64,000 bases of DNA from contig CBDBCZ010000019.1 in assembly GCA_965203295.1 (NCBI GenBank), forward strand, positions 2,144,001-2,208,000. Reading direction: 5' to 3'. Every line of letters begins with the position of its first letter. The first letter of the stretch is position 1. A program made the position numbers and the translations under genes. Under the pieces are notes generated by a model, which did not search any database, was not told the origin of the DNA, and saw nothing but the letters and a program-made list of their open reading frames with translations. Positions 21,731 to 31,560 of this stretch are shown one piece after another. The DNA comes from Nitrospirales bacterium (GTDB lineage: Bacteria > Nitrospirota > Nitrospiria > Nitrospirales > UBA8639).

Positions 21731-23842
21731 CTAGAACATGATATACAAGAACCCGGTAGCCAAAACCAACCAAAAGATCATCACGAGTAATTGATGTTGG
21801 AGAGTACGAGTCTCTGTTTCCTGTAATAATTGCCCTGCTGCATCACCCTGTTTTCCCACCTGATCGACCTTTTGTTCCAACCAGCCTATATCCACGACTT
21901 GCCACAGCCAACGCCCAATCCCCACACTCTGTTCTCCAATGCCCATCACGACTCGATCAATGCCTTTAATATCAACAACCCTCCACAAGCACCGCGCTAA
22001 TAAGACAGAATACGAAGCGATTGAATGAATGAATCGATCAACCACATTCATATCAATAATACGCCAGAGCCAATGAGCAAACCGAATGGTGGGATTCACA
22101 AGATAGGCATCGTAGATTTCGTCAAAATAGAATTTATTCCAGAATAAAACATACAGCCAGGTCTTCTTGCGTTCTGATCCTGCGACCTGCTGTCTAGGTA
22201 GAGTCTTCGTTGTATAGGCAAAGGCCCATCCGGCAATAGCCACGCCGAGAGCGATGAAGAGCCAAACTGGAAATCCAGTATCCACGGGTCCGTCGCCCAT
22301 TGAAATGCCCGAGAGGCTCAACGCCGGCGCAAGGAAGTTTGCAAACCAACTCCAAAACAGGGTCATGACGATACCCACGATAAGTGTCGCCACAAGCAGA
22401 CCCCTCAATATCGAACCATTGACAAAACTTGGTTGAATGGATGGCGTTTCCGAACAATATAGCCCCGAAGCCGGCCAGTACGTCTTTGGGCCATGTACGA
22501 ATAACGACGTGACGCCACGAAAAATATACATGGAAGCCACAAAGACTGTGATTAAGCCAATGATCTTAAACCCGACTGCGGCAGAGGCAAATCCCGTGAC
22601 TACCCATAAATACTCATACGATCCTGAAAACAACACCAACGGCGGGATCAAGGCCAATAAGAACGCCCCACCATGTAAAACTCCCAAACCTTGAGGCGCG
22701 TGGTGTTCATTCGGACGGTGCGCATGAGCTGGGTCGACGGATCGAAGCGCATTACCCGTGGAAAGAAAGAAGAAGGCTTTATAACATCCATGGGCAAGCA
22801 GGTGAAAAATCGCCACCACAAACGCACCCAAACCACAGGTCATAATCATGAAGCCAATTTGACTGATCGTGGAATACGCCAAAATCTTTTTAATGTCGGA
22901 CTGGGTTAAGGAAACGATACCAGCAAACACGGCTGTTGCTGCTCCGATAATCGCAATGAACCCCATAGCGAACGGAGAAAGGACGATTAAGGGACTCATT
23001 CGCACCAACAGGAAGGGACCAGCATTCACCATGGTCGCAGCATGAATCAACGCTGACACAGGAGTGGGAGCTTCCATGGCAAAAGGCAACCAGACATGAA
23101 ACGGCATTTGTGCGGACTTGCCCATCGCCCCCATGAATAAAAAGAACGGAATGAGAGTCACCGGATAGATGTGAAGGTCCAATCCCATCCATCCTAAGAT
23201 ATTAATCGTACGATCTTGCATGCTTTCGGCCTGAGCGAGAATTGTCTGGATGTCAAGCGTGCCAAACGTATAAAAGGTCAAGATAATCCCGAAACTGAAA
23301 CCCACGTCTGCCACCGCGTTGACTAAAAAAGCTTTGGTCGCAGCGCTGCAGGCCGACTTTCTTTGTGCCGCGTGAGCGATCAAGAGGTACGAACAGAGGC
23401 CCATGACCTCCCAACTGACGAGTAGCATCAAGAGGTTACCACTCATGACTAATAACATCATAGAAAAGGTAAACAACGCGATCACCACAAAGAAGCGGTT
23501 GTATCGCGGGTCCCCGATCATGTAACGAGAGGAATACACATGCACGATACTGCTCACTCCCGTGACCAAAAGCAAAAGCAGAACCGTAAGCTGATCAACA
23601 AAGAGACTTAAATCGATTGTCAGGGATCCTGACTGAAAGAGACGATAGAGTGAAATCGTAAAAGGTCCGTTCCTCATCACTTCGAGGAAGGCGAAGACGG
23701 ATAAACCGAACGAGAGGCCTATGGCCGGAATCCCGATTCGGTGACTCTGTTCACCCCAACGTCGTCCTCCGAGGGAAAGGATGAGAGAGGCCAAGAGTGG
23801 CAGGAGGGGGATCAGAACAAAAACAGCCATGGATTCCCTCAA
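21731..23842 (-). CDS. NuoL-like / DabB (MpsA)-type membrane subunit
   Basis: VHVYSSRYMIGDPRYNRFF, GKSAQMPFHVWLPFAMEAPTPVSALIHAATMV, HLLAHGCYKAFFFL; neighbour of DUF2309. Confidence 0.9.
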   Translation of the reverse strand: MRESMAVFVLIPLLPLLASLILSLGGRRWGEQSHRIGIPAIGLSFGLSVFAFLEVMRNGPFTISLYRLFQSGSLTIDLSLFVDQLTVLLLLLVTGVSSIVHVYSSRYMIGDPRYNRFFVVIALFTFSMMLLVMSGNLLMLLVSWEVMGLCSYLLIAHAAQRKSACSAATKAFLVNAVADVGFSFGIILTFYTFGTLDIQTILAQAESMQDRTINILGWMGLDLHIYPVTLIPFFLFMGAMGKSAQMPFHVWLPFAMEAPTPVSALIHAATMVNAGPFLLVRMSPLIVLSPFAMGFIAIIGAATAVFAGIVSLTQSDIKKILAYSTISQIGFMIMTCGLGAFVVAIFHLLAHGCYKAFFFLSTGNALRSVDPAHAHRPNEHHAPQGLGVLHGGAFLLALIPPLVLFSGSYEYLWVVTGFASAAVGFKIIGLITVFVASMYIFRGVTSLFVHGPKTYWPASGLYCSETPSIQPSFVNGSILRGLLVATLIVGIVMTLFWSWFANFLAPALSLSGISMGDGPVDTGFPVWLFIALGVAIAGWAFAYTTKTLPRQQVAGSERKKTWLYVLFWNKFYFDEIYDAYLVNPTIRFAHWLWRIIDMNVVDRFIHSIASYSVLLARCLWRVVDIKGIDRVVMGIGEQSVGIGRWLWQVVDIGWLEQKVDQVGKQGDAAGQLLQETETRTLQHQLLVMIFWLVLATGFLYIMF

Positions 23843-25308
23843 AGACTTGGCGGAAGGGCCTGGTTCAATAACAGCTGGACGATGGGATCACTCAAAAGAC
23901 CAAGGATCACTACAGCGGCGGACGTTCCCCCCACACTCAGTTTAAAGGAGAGGGGAATTTCACTTGGGAGAATATCTGATGGAATGGTTGTCTGGCGAAA
24001 GACGCCCTCAAACAATTTGACGAAATATGCGAGTGTCAGCAGAGTCGACAGCAAGACCGCGGCCACGGCAACATAGTTATGCGCCTCGAGCGCCCCCAGA
24101 ATGATGTACCACTTTCCGAAAAATCCTCCTGTCGGAGGAAGGCCGACCATGCCCAAAGCCACAACAATCAGGGACCCGGTGAGCCAGGGGGCCTGTTTTC
24201 CAATTCGTCCGATGTCTTCGACCGTTCGAACGCCATACTGGCAAATGGCGACTCCTGCTACAAAAAACAAGGCCGCTTGCATAACGGCATCGTTCAGTAA
24301 ATAAAAGATTCCTCCCACAAATCCAGTCTGATTTCCCTGGCTCACGCCAATGAGGATTATGCCAATGTGGGAAATTCCTCCATAGGCAAATATCATCTTG
24401 ATATCCCGTTGAGCCAAAGCGAGAACCGCACTTATGACGGCTGCAAGTGTTCCAAGCACTCCCACGAGTAAGAGTACCGGGATATCGTACACAATCACTT
24501 TGGCACCCAGAATCCAATAAATAATTCGAACCCACCCTAATAACGCCACTTTGGTAACCAAAGCCGCTAAAATCGGAGAAATGGATTCGGGGGCATGCGT
24601 ATACGCATCCGGCAACCATGCATGAAATGGGACCAAGGCCATTTTTATTCCCAATCCAATGAACATGAAGAGCAGTCCACCAACAACGGCTTTGGAGGTC
24701 AATAAATCTGGAAGCTTTTCAGCCATATCCGCCATATTGAGTGTACCGCTGGCAGCGTAGAAATAACTTACTCCCAATAAATAGAGAGAGGCACCTAGCG
24801 TTCCCAACACAAGATAGCGAAAGGCAGCAAACAAGGCTCTCCCCCCGGCAACCCCCACGAGAGCATAACTGGAAATGGCTGCCACTTCTAAAAAGACGAA
24901 TAGATTGAATAAATCTCCAGCAAAGACAATTCCAGTGAGAGCCGAAACCAGGAGCAAGATCAAGACATAATAATGAACGATTCGTCCACCTAGATCCTTT
25001 GGGGAGGTTGGTCCGGCAAACACCAACGCCAACAAACCAAGAAGACTCAACGCCACGAGGATCACACTCGCCAATCCATCAGCGACCCACTCAATGCCTA
25101 ATGGAGGGGCCCATCCACTAAAGGCATAGCGCACTTCTCCATGATTGATGATACTGAAGACATTCAGTATGGAGACCACGACCATGGCGCCAAGCACAAC
25201 TAGGGATATGGGCCGACTCCATTGGCGGTGTTTCAGGCAGACCACAGGCATGGAAATGGCCGCAAACAAAGGGAGAAGAAAGAGAATGGCTGGGTAGTGG
25301 TGTCTCAT
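23839..25308 (-). CDS. mrpD: Mrp Na+/H+ antiporter subunit D
   Basis: GWAPPLGIEWVADGL, GDLFNLFVFLEV, IKMALVPFHAWLPDAY, GLPPTGGFFGKW. Confidence 0.92.
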   Translation of the reverse strand: MRHHYPAILFLLPLFAAISMPVVCLKHRQWSRPISLVVLGAMVVVSILNVFSIINHGEVRYAFSGWAPPLGIEWVADGLASVILVALSLLGLLALVFAGPTSPKDLGGRIVHYYVLILLLVSALTGIVFAGDLFNLFVFLEVAAISSYALVGVAGGRALFAAFRYLVLGTLGASLYLLGVSYFYAASGTLNMADMAEKLPDLLTSKAVVGGLLFMFIGLGIKMALVPFHAWLPDAYTHAPESISPILAALVTKVALLGWVRIIYWILGAKVIVYDIPVLLLVGVLGTLAAVISAVLALAQRDIKMIFAYGGISHIGIILIGVSQGNQTGFVGGIFYLLNDAVMQAALFFVAGVAICQYGVRTVEDIGRIGKQAPWLTGSLIVVALGMVGLPPTGGFFGKWYIILGALEAHNYVAVAAVLLSTLLTLAYFVKLFEGVFRQTTIPSDILPSEIPLSFKLSVGGTSAAVVILGLLSDPIVQLLLNQALPPSL

Positions 25309-25685
25309 TCCCTTAATCGATTCAAAATTTCTTCTTCATCAAGACTTCCGTATCGACGATAGATCGCAGCACACAAAGCCAAGGCCACACCGAGTGTGGC
25401 CACACCAACCACAATAGCCGTCAACGTCAACACATGTGGTAACGGATTGGTATAGTTGGCGACCTGCACAGGATCGGTCGTTGACAACAGGACAGGAGGC
25501 GTCGCCTCTTGCTTCGCGCTAATAGACACGAGAAAAAAAATAACGCTGGTTTGAACCAGGTACAAGCCAACAAGTTTCTTGACGAGGTTGTATCGCGTGA
25601 CCATGATATAAAAGCCCCAAAGAAAAATGATGACAAATGTGAGGAAGTTGGGACGTTGGAACACCGCGATAAAGAGATCAACCAT
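25305..25685 (-). CDS. mrpC: Mrp subunit C
   Basis: NLVKKLVGL, NPLPHVLTLTAIVVGVAT. Confidence 0.93.
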   Translation of the reverse strand: MVDLFIAVFQRPNFLTFVIIFLWGFYIMVTRYNLVKKLVGLYLVQTSVIFFLVSISAKQEATPPVLLSTTDPVQVANYTNPLPHVLTLTAIVVGVATLGVALALCAAIYRRYGSLDEEEILNRLRE

Positions 25686-26130
25686 TCAGCGAATCCTCAA
25701 TGATCTCTTCCTCAGAGAGACTAAACACAATAGACACAGCGGTGACAGCCACGTCCACTGCGACACCGATTTGTGTCAACACGATTCCCAATGATCGGCG
25801 TGATGCTGTCTCAAGACCGGGAATTTCCAAATTGGCATAGTTGAGAAATTCCCCACCTCCGATCATACAGAGACCTCCCACTCCGGCATAGATCAACATT
25901 CCCACCCCGTCTCCATGCAAGACTTTTTTGGCAACCTGACTCCGTGAGGCATCATGCCCAAACGCCAGAACAGATAAAATCATACTGGTTCCTAAGATCA
26001 CCCCTCCGACAAATCCACCACCAGGTCCGTATTGCCCAAAAAACAACACATACAGCCCAAAGATTTGCATGACCGGGATCAGAAACCGTCCTAAGGTCTG
26101 AACGATGATACTATCATGAGGTCGAATCAT
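25678..26130 (-). CDS. mrpB: Mrp subunit B (MnhB domain)
   Basis: GQYGPGGGFVGGVI. Confidence 0.9.
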   Translation of the reverse strand: MIRPHDSIIVQTLGRFLIPVMQIFGLYVLFFGQYGPGGGFVGGVILGTSMILSVLAFGHDASRSQVAKKVLHGDGVGMLIYAGVGGLCMIGGGEFLNYANLEIPGLETASRRSLGIVLTQIGVAVDVAVTAVSIVFSLSEEEIIEDSLNG

Positions 26131-26675
26131 GAGGTTTGTCTCCGCAACAAAAGAGCGCAGGCAATACCGGCTGTAAAAATCACCACCGTTTCCACCATAG
26201 TATCGAGGGAGCGATAATCCATCAGCACTGAGGTCACCACGTTCGGCGTACGGGTATCCTCGTAACTCCGTTCAAGATACGTCGGCGAAATGTGAACACT
26301 TGGAGGAGAATTTGGATCTCCGAACTCTGGAAGATCCTTGGCCGCATACAGCAAGAGAACTCCAAAAAGAGGAAGAGCTACTAGAGCAGCCATGGGAGGC
26401 GGCGGTCGCTGGAGACGACTGTCTTTTGGAGCCGTTCCAAACAAGGTGAGTAAAAAAAGAACTGTCGCTAACCCTGCGCCCACCACCGCTTCTACAAACG
26501 CGACATCCACTGCCCCCAACCCTGCCCATACCATGGCTAAGAAAAAACTGTACGATCCTAACAGTAAGATCGCGCTCATCAGATCCTTGACTAGGATGGC
26601 GCCGGCGGCGGTCACAAGGAGAAGAATCAGGAGAGGAATTTCATACGCAAAGATCATGTGACTTCCCTTTTCCAA
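26127..26675 (-). CDS. Mrp subunit B'/DUF4040 (MbhD/E-like)
   Basis: GAVDVAFVEAVVGAG, PNVVTSVLMDYRSLDTMVE. Confidence 0.88.
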   Translation of the reverse strand: MEKGSHMIFAYEIPLLILLLVTAAGAILVKDLMSAILLLGSYSFFLAMVWAGLGAVDVAFVEAVVGAGLATVLFLLTLFGTAPKDSRLQRPPPPMAALVALPLFGVLLLYAAKDLPEFGDPNSPPSVHISPTYLERSYEDTRTPNVVTSVLMDYRSLDTMVETVVIFTAGIACALLLRRQTS

Positions 26676-26953
26676 GGCTTTAATCCTGACCGTAGCGCCG
26701 CACGGACGGTTGCGTGTCCGATGACCGGGTTTTGAATATAGAGTAATGCCAATACAGCGAGGATTTTTAGCATATTCTTACCGAGCCCCTCATGGAATGC
26801 AATACCCACTAACATCAGAAAGGCACCCAAGGAGTCCGTGAGCGAAACAGCATGAGAACGACTAAAGACATCGGGCAGCCGTATCACGCCAATAGCTGCA
26901 ACAATCAGAAAAAAGAATCCTGCTAGAATAAAGATAACTGAAAAAAGTTCCAT
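26654..26953 (-). CDS. mrpG: Mrp subunit G
   Basis: GVIRLPDVFSRSHAVSLTDSLG, NPVIGHA. Confidence 0.93.
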   Translation of the reverse strand: MELFSVIFILAGFFFLIVAAIGVIRLPDVFSRSHAVSLTDSLGAFLMLVGIAFHEGLGKNMLKILAVLALLYIQNPVIGHATVRAALRSGLKPWKREVT

Positions 26954-26954
26954 G

Positions 26955-27221
26955 CTATGGGAGTCCTTTTTGCTCCAGATATTTGGCGACTGCCAGCGCC
27001 CCGACCAGATTTAGCAACGCATACCCTGTTGAAATATCCACGAACATGTCCACTCGTTCAAAGTAGATGCCAATCAGCACGAGTAAAACAATCGCCTTGG
27101 TGGAGATGCCATTGAGGCCTAACGCACGATCAAAAATCGTGGGCCCTTGAAGCACACGGTACAGATACGCACCAATGAGAATAGCCAGTAGAATTAAAAC
27201 GCAGAGAAGAAATATTTTCAT
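26955..27221 (-). CDS. mrpF: Mrp subunit F
   Basis: YRVLQGPTIFDRALGL. Confidence 0.93.
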   Translation of the reverse strand: MKIFLLCVLILLAILIGAYLYRVLQGPTIFDRALGLNGISTKAIVLLVLIGIYFERVDMFVDISTGYALLNLVGALAVAKYLEQKGLP

Positions 27222-27736
27222 AAGTCCGGCTCTTCTTCCTTGAAAATTTCAGCAATTTTCGATTCGATTTGTTTTCCGGTGACATCCTCCGCTGATACCT
27301 CATCCATAGCGTGAACAATAAGTTTATTTCGATCGACTGCTGCCGTAATCGTTCCAGGAGTCAAGGTAATGGAATTGCCAAGGAGCACCACCGCTGCATG
27401 ATGATTTAACGTCGACTCAACATGGATTAGCCTAGGATCAATAGGAAGCGCGGGATGAAGAATGAGTTTGGTTAAATGAAGACTACTTTGAACGATTTTG
27501 ACAAACAGCCAAGGTACATACAGGAGGATGTTGCCCCAAAGTCGAAATTTAGGAACAAAGGGGGAATGGCCAGAGTTGATCCAAGCCACGGTAAAGGAAA
27601 GGATCAATCCCAATCCAAGATGGATCCAATTGAAACTTGCAGACAACATCACCCACAACACAAATAATGCGATGGCTTTCAGGGCTAAGAATTTGAAAGA
27701 GATTGGTCTTGGTCTAGGTCCGATCATACGGTACAT
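27218..27736 (-). CDS. mrpE: Mrp subunit E
   Basis: LGNSITLTPGT, LIVHAM. Confidence 0.93.
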   Translation of the reverse strand: MYRMIGPRPRPISFKFLALKAIALFVLWVMLSASFNWIHLGLGLILSFTVAWINSGHSPFVPKFRLWGNILLYVPWLFVKIVQSSLHLTKLILHPALPIDPRLIHVESTLNHHAAVVLLGNSITLTPGTITAAVDRNKLIVHAMDEVSAEDVTGKQIESKIAEIFKEEEPDL

Positions 27737-27777
27737 TTTTGTCTATGGAGAATCAAATTGGCTCGATCTTTCCCCCC

Positions 27778-27950
27778 AAAAAAAACCAACCGGATGCTTC
27801 GAATCAATCATTCGAACAGCTTCTGGTTAGCTTGTACTGTCGCCACCCCTTTGACTTCCGAAGTGGCCATCCTACCGATAAAGTGCCTTACGAGAGCTGT
27901 TGGCCTTGAGTCCTGTTATCTTCGCATCCGTAGGATATGCAACCGGCACC
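27778..27950 (-). ncRNA. Candidate tandem riboswitch leader (copy A) with terminator, upstream of mrpE
   Basis: Motif 2 GGUUG...GCCAACAG (27893-27950); motif 1 GUAGGAUGGCCAC...GUGGCGACAGUACAAGC (27830-27875); hairpin plus U8 (27778-27833). Confidence 0.7.
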
Positions 27951-27971
27951 ATCATCATACGAATTCGAAAT

Positions 27972-27999
27972 ATTATACCAGGGTCCCTATCTTCCACAA
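27972..27999 (-). promoter_or_regulatory. Sigma-70 extended -10 promoter for the mrp leader
   Basis: TTGTGG-N16-TATAAT with TGn extension (GACCCTGGTATAAT). Confidence 0.6.
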
Positions 28000-28014
28000 T
28001 AGAGTTTAACTGCC

Positions 28015-31000
28015 TTAGGAGCTTATGCATGTAGACTCGTTATGAAGCAACACTTCCCACGTGGCATTGGGGTTATACCGATGAAATACAAACGTGTGGG
28101 GATCCAGTACCACAAGATTGAGCCATTGGTTATGAAACAATTGTTGAAGGATCGCATGCTTTTGAATAATGGACGAGAGCACACTCGGCGTGTGTTCGAT
28201 GATAGCCAGGAGCCGCATGGGCTCGTGATAGTGAATGTCCCCGTTATTCACCGTCTGGAGAGGAAAGCCCATTTGCAAATCACTTTGGCTCCCCAACATC
28301 ATCCCGACACCACCGACCACATTATGTAGGACCTTACTCCCGCTACCATAAACCCACGGATCAACCGCAGAAAAATAGTACCCTGTATTTATCCACTCGC
28401 CGACAATTAAGGGTGCCGTCATAATTTTTTCGAGGATGTCACCTTGAGGATCGGCAAGAGGATCATAAGAATGCAAAAAAACCCGCCCACCTAAATCCAA
28501 TCCTTTGGTCAGTTTTCGTCTTCCAATGAGAAATGCGCCATTGCCAGCCAGCCCCCATTCCGGTCGAAGGTTCGCCCAATCGCAACTGCGCTCGACTACA
28601 TGAGCAAAGGCTTGTTCTGGAGAAATCTCAGTCGGAGCACTAGGAATACGATGGCAGCGCTCAAGAGCTTGATTTGCACCAGCTTCTTCGAGATCTTTGT
28701 TCAACGCGCGTAAATCTTCTCTATGTGTATCAGGTAATTCTTCTAGATCGTAAAACTCGACCCTATCAGTTGTCGTGTTATGTTTCCCTGGAAGAAACCA
28801 GGTATCGTCTGGAATGGGTAATCCTTTTTCTTTGAGGATGCGACGAACTTCAGGTTCGTTCGCCATTGCGGCAAAAACTCTCGCATTCGCGTCCCCCGGA
28901 GCTCCCCCACACGCCCCACAATCGAGTGCACCATAATAGGGATTGTTATCGGTCTCACTACCATGGCCACAGGGGCACACGAGCCGTGCATAATTCTGTG
29001 TGAGACCCATGGCGCGTAATCCGTTTTCGATAAACGTCGCCCGTTCCTCTAGAGAAAATCCTTGAGACAACTCCTCAGGAATCCCATCTGCATTCACCTC
29101 TCCGATTTTGGGCTTTTGAGGATCAGAGGGCGCGGAAATTGAGATCTCGGTCGGCACCCAATACGTGAACCACTTTTCGATAGTTGATGTGATGGCACGA
29201 AATGTTTTTTGGAGTAAGGTTTTGCCCACTAGGCCTAGACTAAAAAAGAAGCCCAACACATCAATCACCATCATTGCCCCAATGGGATGATGCTTCAGGT
29301 CGTGAAACACATGATGCCCCAGTTGGTACCAACGAGTGCCAGAAGAATACTTTTCTAACGCTGATTCCTCTCCAGATCGAGGTGTTTCCGTTACCGCATG
29401 GTTCGGCGTCAGTAACACCGGACACAAGAAGGCACGTTGATCACTATCAAAGGCTAGATGGCTAAGAGGAATGGCAAAAAAACCTGCAAACCCAAATGTT
29501 TCATAGGGGCCTTGGGCTTCAATATGGCGGCGAAATGATTCCGAGCGAACGTCAATACACAATACTAGTTGCGCATGGGGACGAGTTTCTAATTCTGGTA
29601 CCGTTCCGCGATGCGCTGAGATCTTTTTCAGGATTTCTTCTCGAAAAGAATCTTCATAGGCTTCCAGCCAGACCGGACTGTGCTGATCCGAGGGAAAATC
29701 ATTTAGCCACCGCAACAACGTCTGGGCATCAGGAGGTGAAAGGTCGTGAACTTCTATTGGGGACAGTTCAAGAAACTGGGCGAGGTGAAACAGCCGCCAG
29801 GCATCGTGGCAAATCATCTGTTTGGTTTGATCAATGGAATGCCAGCCCTCCCCTATTCGAGTCTGATATTCTTCGGGTCGACCATTCCAATATACGGTCA
29901 GGGCAGAAACCGTTCCATCAATCCCCCATTCTTGCAGACACCAAATTTTGGTCAATTCCACTTCATAGAAAAGACGCACGGCAAGATACTGGGTGGTGTC
30001 AATAGGATGCTTGCGTTGTGCATGATACGCGGAATGTTCCCCGAGCCATCGAATATATCGTGTCCAGCCTGGCAATAATGATAACTGTCTTGAGAGATAA
30101 TCACTCCATTGACCTTGCGGGATACCAAGATTGTGCAATGCCCATACGATAGCATCCTCAGGGTCCTCTGGAAGATCGGCGATTTTTTGAAAAAAGCCTT
30201 TAATCCCTAGAAGTGTTCCTGAGTAATCTTCCTGAACCAACATCCGCCAGGCTCGATAAAAACCTTCTTCTCGCTGAGGCATTTCCCACCCGGCTAAGCC
30301 TTCATCGAGAAACGCGGCCACCCATTTAATGAGTTGGTCGTTGACCTGGTCAACCAGCCCAGCCCCGGCTAAGCAATCGACCCAATCACTGACGGTCCGT
30401 TGTGCTGGCAAGGAAATGGGTTCAGACGGTTGCGAATAGGAACGATCAGATGGGTGTACTGGAGAATGAGAACCAGCCAATCGTAAAGCGGCCAAGGTAC
30501 TCCTCCACAGATTCGCGAGGTAGGCCTCTTCTGGATTCTCTCGACACTGTTCACATTCCTGGATCGTTCGTTCAATGATTCGTTTTCGTGATTCTTCAGA
30601 GAGATTCTGGTGAAACCGTTTCGTCGATCCCTCGTCACTTAGTTCCCACTCAAGTAGAGATGGTTGGAGCTCTTCAAAACCAACCAACAGGTGCACATGC
30701 CAGACATCAAGTGTTGTAATCTGACGATCCCCAAGCCGGATGGATACGTATTTTTCTTGACGTGGACCAACTCGCTTAAAAGCTCGCTCAAGGCTTTCCG
30801 GTGTAATGCGACCATCCCGATAAAATTGCTGATACTCTTCATTAGCCAGATAGCCATTTCCCCCAAGGAGGTGTTTGCCTTTTCGAACAGCCTGGTCAAA
30901 CGGTAGATATTCCAACCCATGAATAGGATTTTGCGCCACCATGGTTCTCATGGGCCAAAATGGTGCAATCGGTTCGTTCGCCTTTTCTATAGCATGGCGG

Positions 31001-31062
31001 AGATGCTCTCGCTCCCCAGGGGATAACCCCTTGTGCCGTAGCGGTGTCGATTCAGAAGGCAT
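28015..31062 (-). CDS. dabA: DUF2309 / DabA (MpsB) inorganic-carbon transporter catalytic subunit
   Basis: IAPFWPM..NPIHGLE, CIDVRSE, GHGS..NNPY..ALDCGACGG, HNTTTD, RPEWGLAGN, FLHSYD, HEPMRL; beta-CA-like Zn ligands present. Confidence 0.95.
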   Translation of the reverse strand: MPSESTPLRHKGLSPGEREHLRHAIEKANEPIAPFWPMRTMVAQNPIHGLEYLPFDQAVRKGKHLLGGNGYLANEEYQQFYRDGRITPESLERAFKRVGPRQEKYVSIRLGDRQITTLDVWHVHLLVGFEELQPSLLEWELSDEGSTKRFHQNLSEESRKRIIERTIQECEQCRENPEEAYLANLWRSTLAALRLAGSHSPVHPSDRSYSQPSEPISLPAQRTVSDWVDCLAGAGLVDQVNDQLIKWVAAFLDEGLAGWEMPQREEGFYRAWRMLVQEDYSGTLLGIKGFFQKIADLPEDPEDAIVWALHNLGIPQGQWSDYLSRQLSLLPGWTRYIRWLGEHSAYHAQRKHPIDTTQYLAVRLFYEVELTKIWCLQEWGIDGTVSALTVYWNGRPEEYQTRIGEGWHSIDQTKQMICHDAWRLFHLAQFLELSPIEVHDLSPPDAQTLLRWLNDFPSDQHSPVWLEAYEDSFREEILKKISAHRGTVPELETRPHAQLVLCIDVRSESFRRHIEAQGPYETFGFAGFFAIPLSHLAFDSDQRAFLCPVLLTPNHAVTETPRSGEESALEKYSSGTRWYQLGHHVFHDLKHHPIGAMMVIDVLGFFFSLGLVGKTLLQKTFRAITSTIEKWFTYWVPTEISISAPSDPQKPKIGEVNADGIPEELSQGFSLEERATFIENGLRAMGLTQNYARLVCPCGHGSETDNNPYYGALDCGACGGAPGDANARVFAAMANEPEVRRILKEKGLPIPDDTWFLPGKHNTTTDRVEFYDLEELPDTHREDLRALNKDLEEAGANQALERCHRIPSAPTEISPEQAFAHVVERSCDWANLRPEWGLAGNGAFLIGRRKLTKGLDLGGRVFLHSYDPLADPQGDILEKIMTAPLIVGEWINTGYYFSAVDPWVYGSGSKVLHNVVGGVGMMLGSQSDLQMGFPLQTVNNGDIHYHEPMRLLAIIEHTPSVLSSIIQKHAILQQLFHNQWLNLVVLDPHTFVFHRYNPNATWEVLLHNESTCISS

Positions 31063-31153
31063 GCGTTTTCCTATTTTTCCTGCAATTGTTCCAGACTACC
31101 AATCTCTTTTAATTCCACCTCAACCTCTATATTTTTGGGATTCCGAGCGCCTC

Positions 31154-31525
31154 ATGAAAAACGGACGAACGAAAGGTGAAGCGGAGACGGCCATTCGCAA
31201 TGCGGTCATCAAATTTGAGCAAGAGTTCATGGGCCGGGGGCCCAGCGATGTCAGAGCCTTCATTCTACGAGATCTTGTTCTTGTGCGATTGAAAGGAGTT
31301 CTCACTCCTGCAGAACGCCAATTGGCAAAAAGCCCTGATGGGGTCGAAATGGTAAAAGCCATGCGTCAAAATCTCATTTCACAAGGTCGGGAGAAACTTT
31401 CCCAGCAACTGAGTGAAATCACTGGAGCGACGATCTCGGGACTCTTCACTGATATCGACACCCAAATTGGGGAACGGGTGATTGTGTTCTCCCTTGACCA
31501 GGACTTGGAAGCCAATCTTCAATAA
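31154..31525 (+). CDS. DUF2294 / MpsC-family protein
   Basis: TKGEAETAIRNAVIKFEQEFMGRGP, LKGVLTPAERQL; divergent from dabA. Confidence 0.9.
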   Translation: MKNGRTKGEAETAIRNAVIKFEQEFMGRGPSDVRAFILRDLVLVRLKGVLTPAERQLAKSPDGVEMVKAMRQNLISQGREKLSQQLSEITGATISGLFTDIDTQIGERVIVFSLDQDLEANLQ

Positions 31526-31560
31526 CCCTTTATCCTCCCGAATTCTCCGATCAGGTTTCG

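Noticed and set aside
30941..31153. N-terminal extension of the DUF2294 ORF (194-aa version)
   Set aside because: Overlaps the dabA start antisense; family-like sequence begins at ATG 31154
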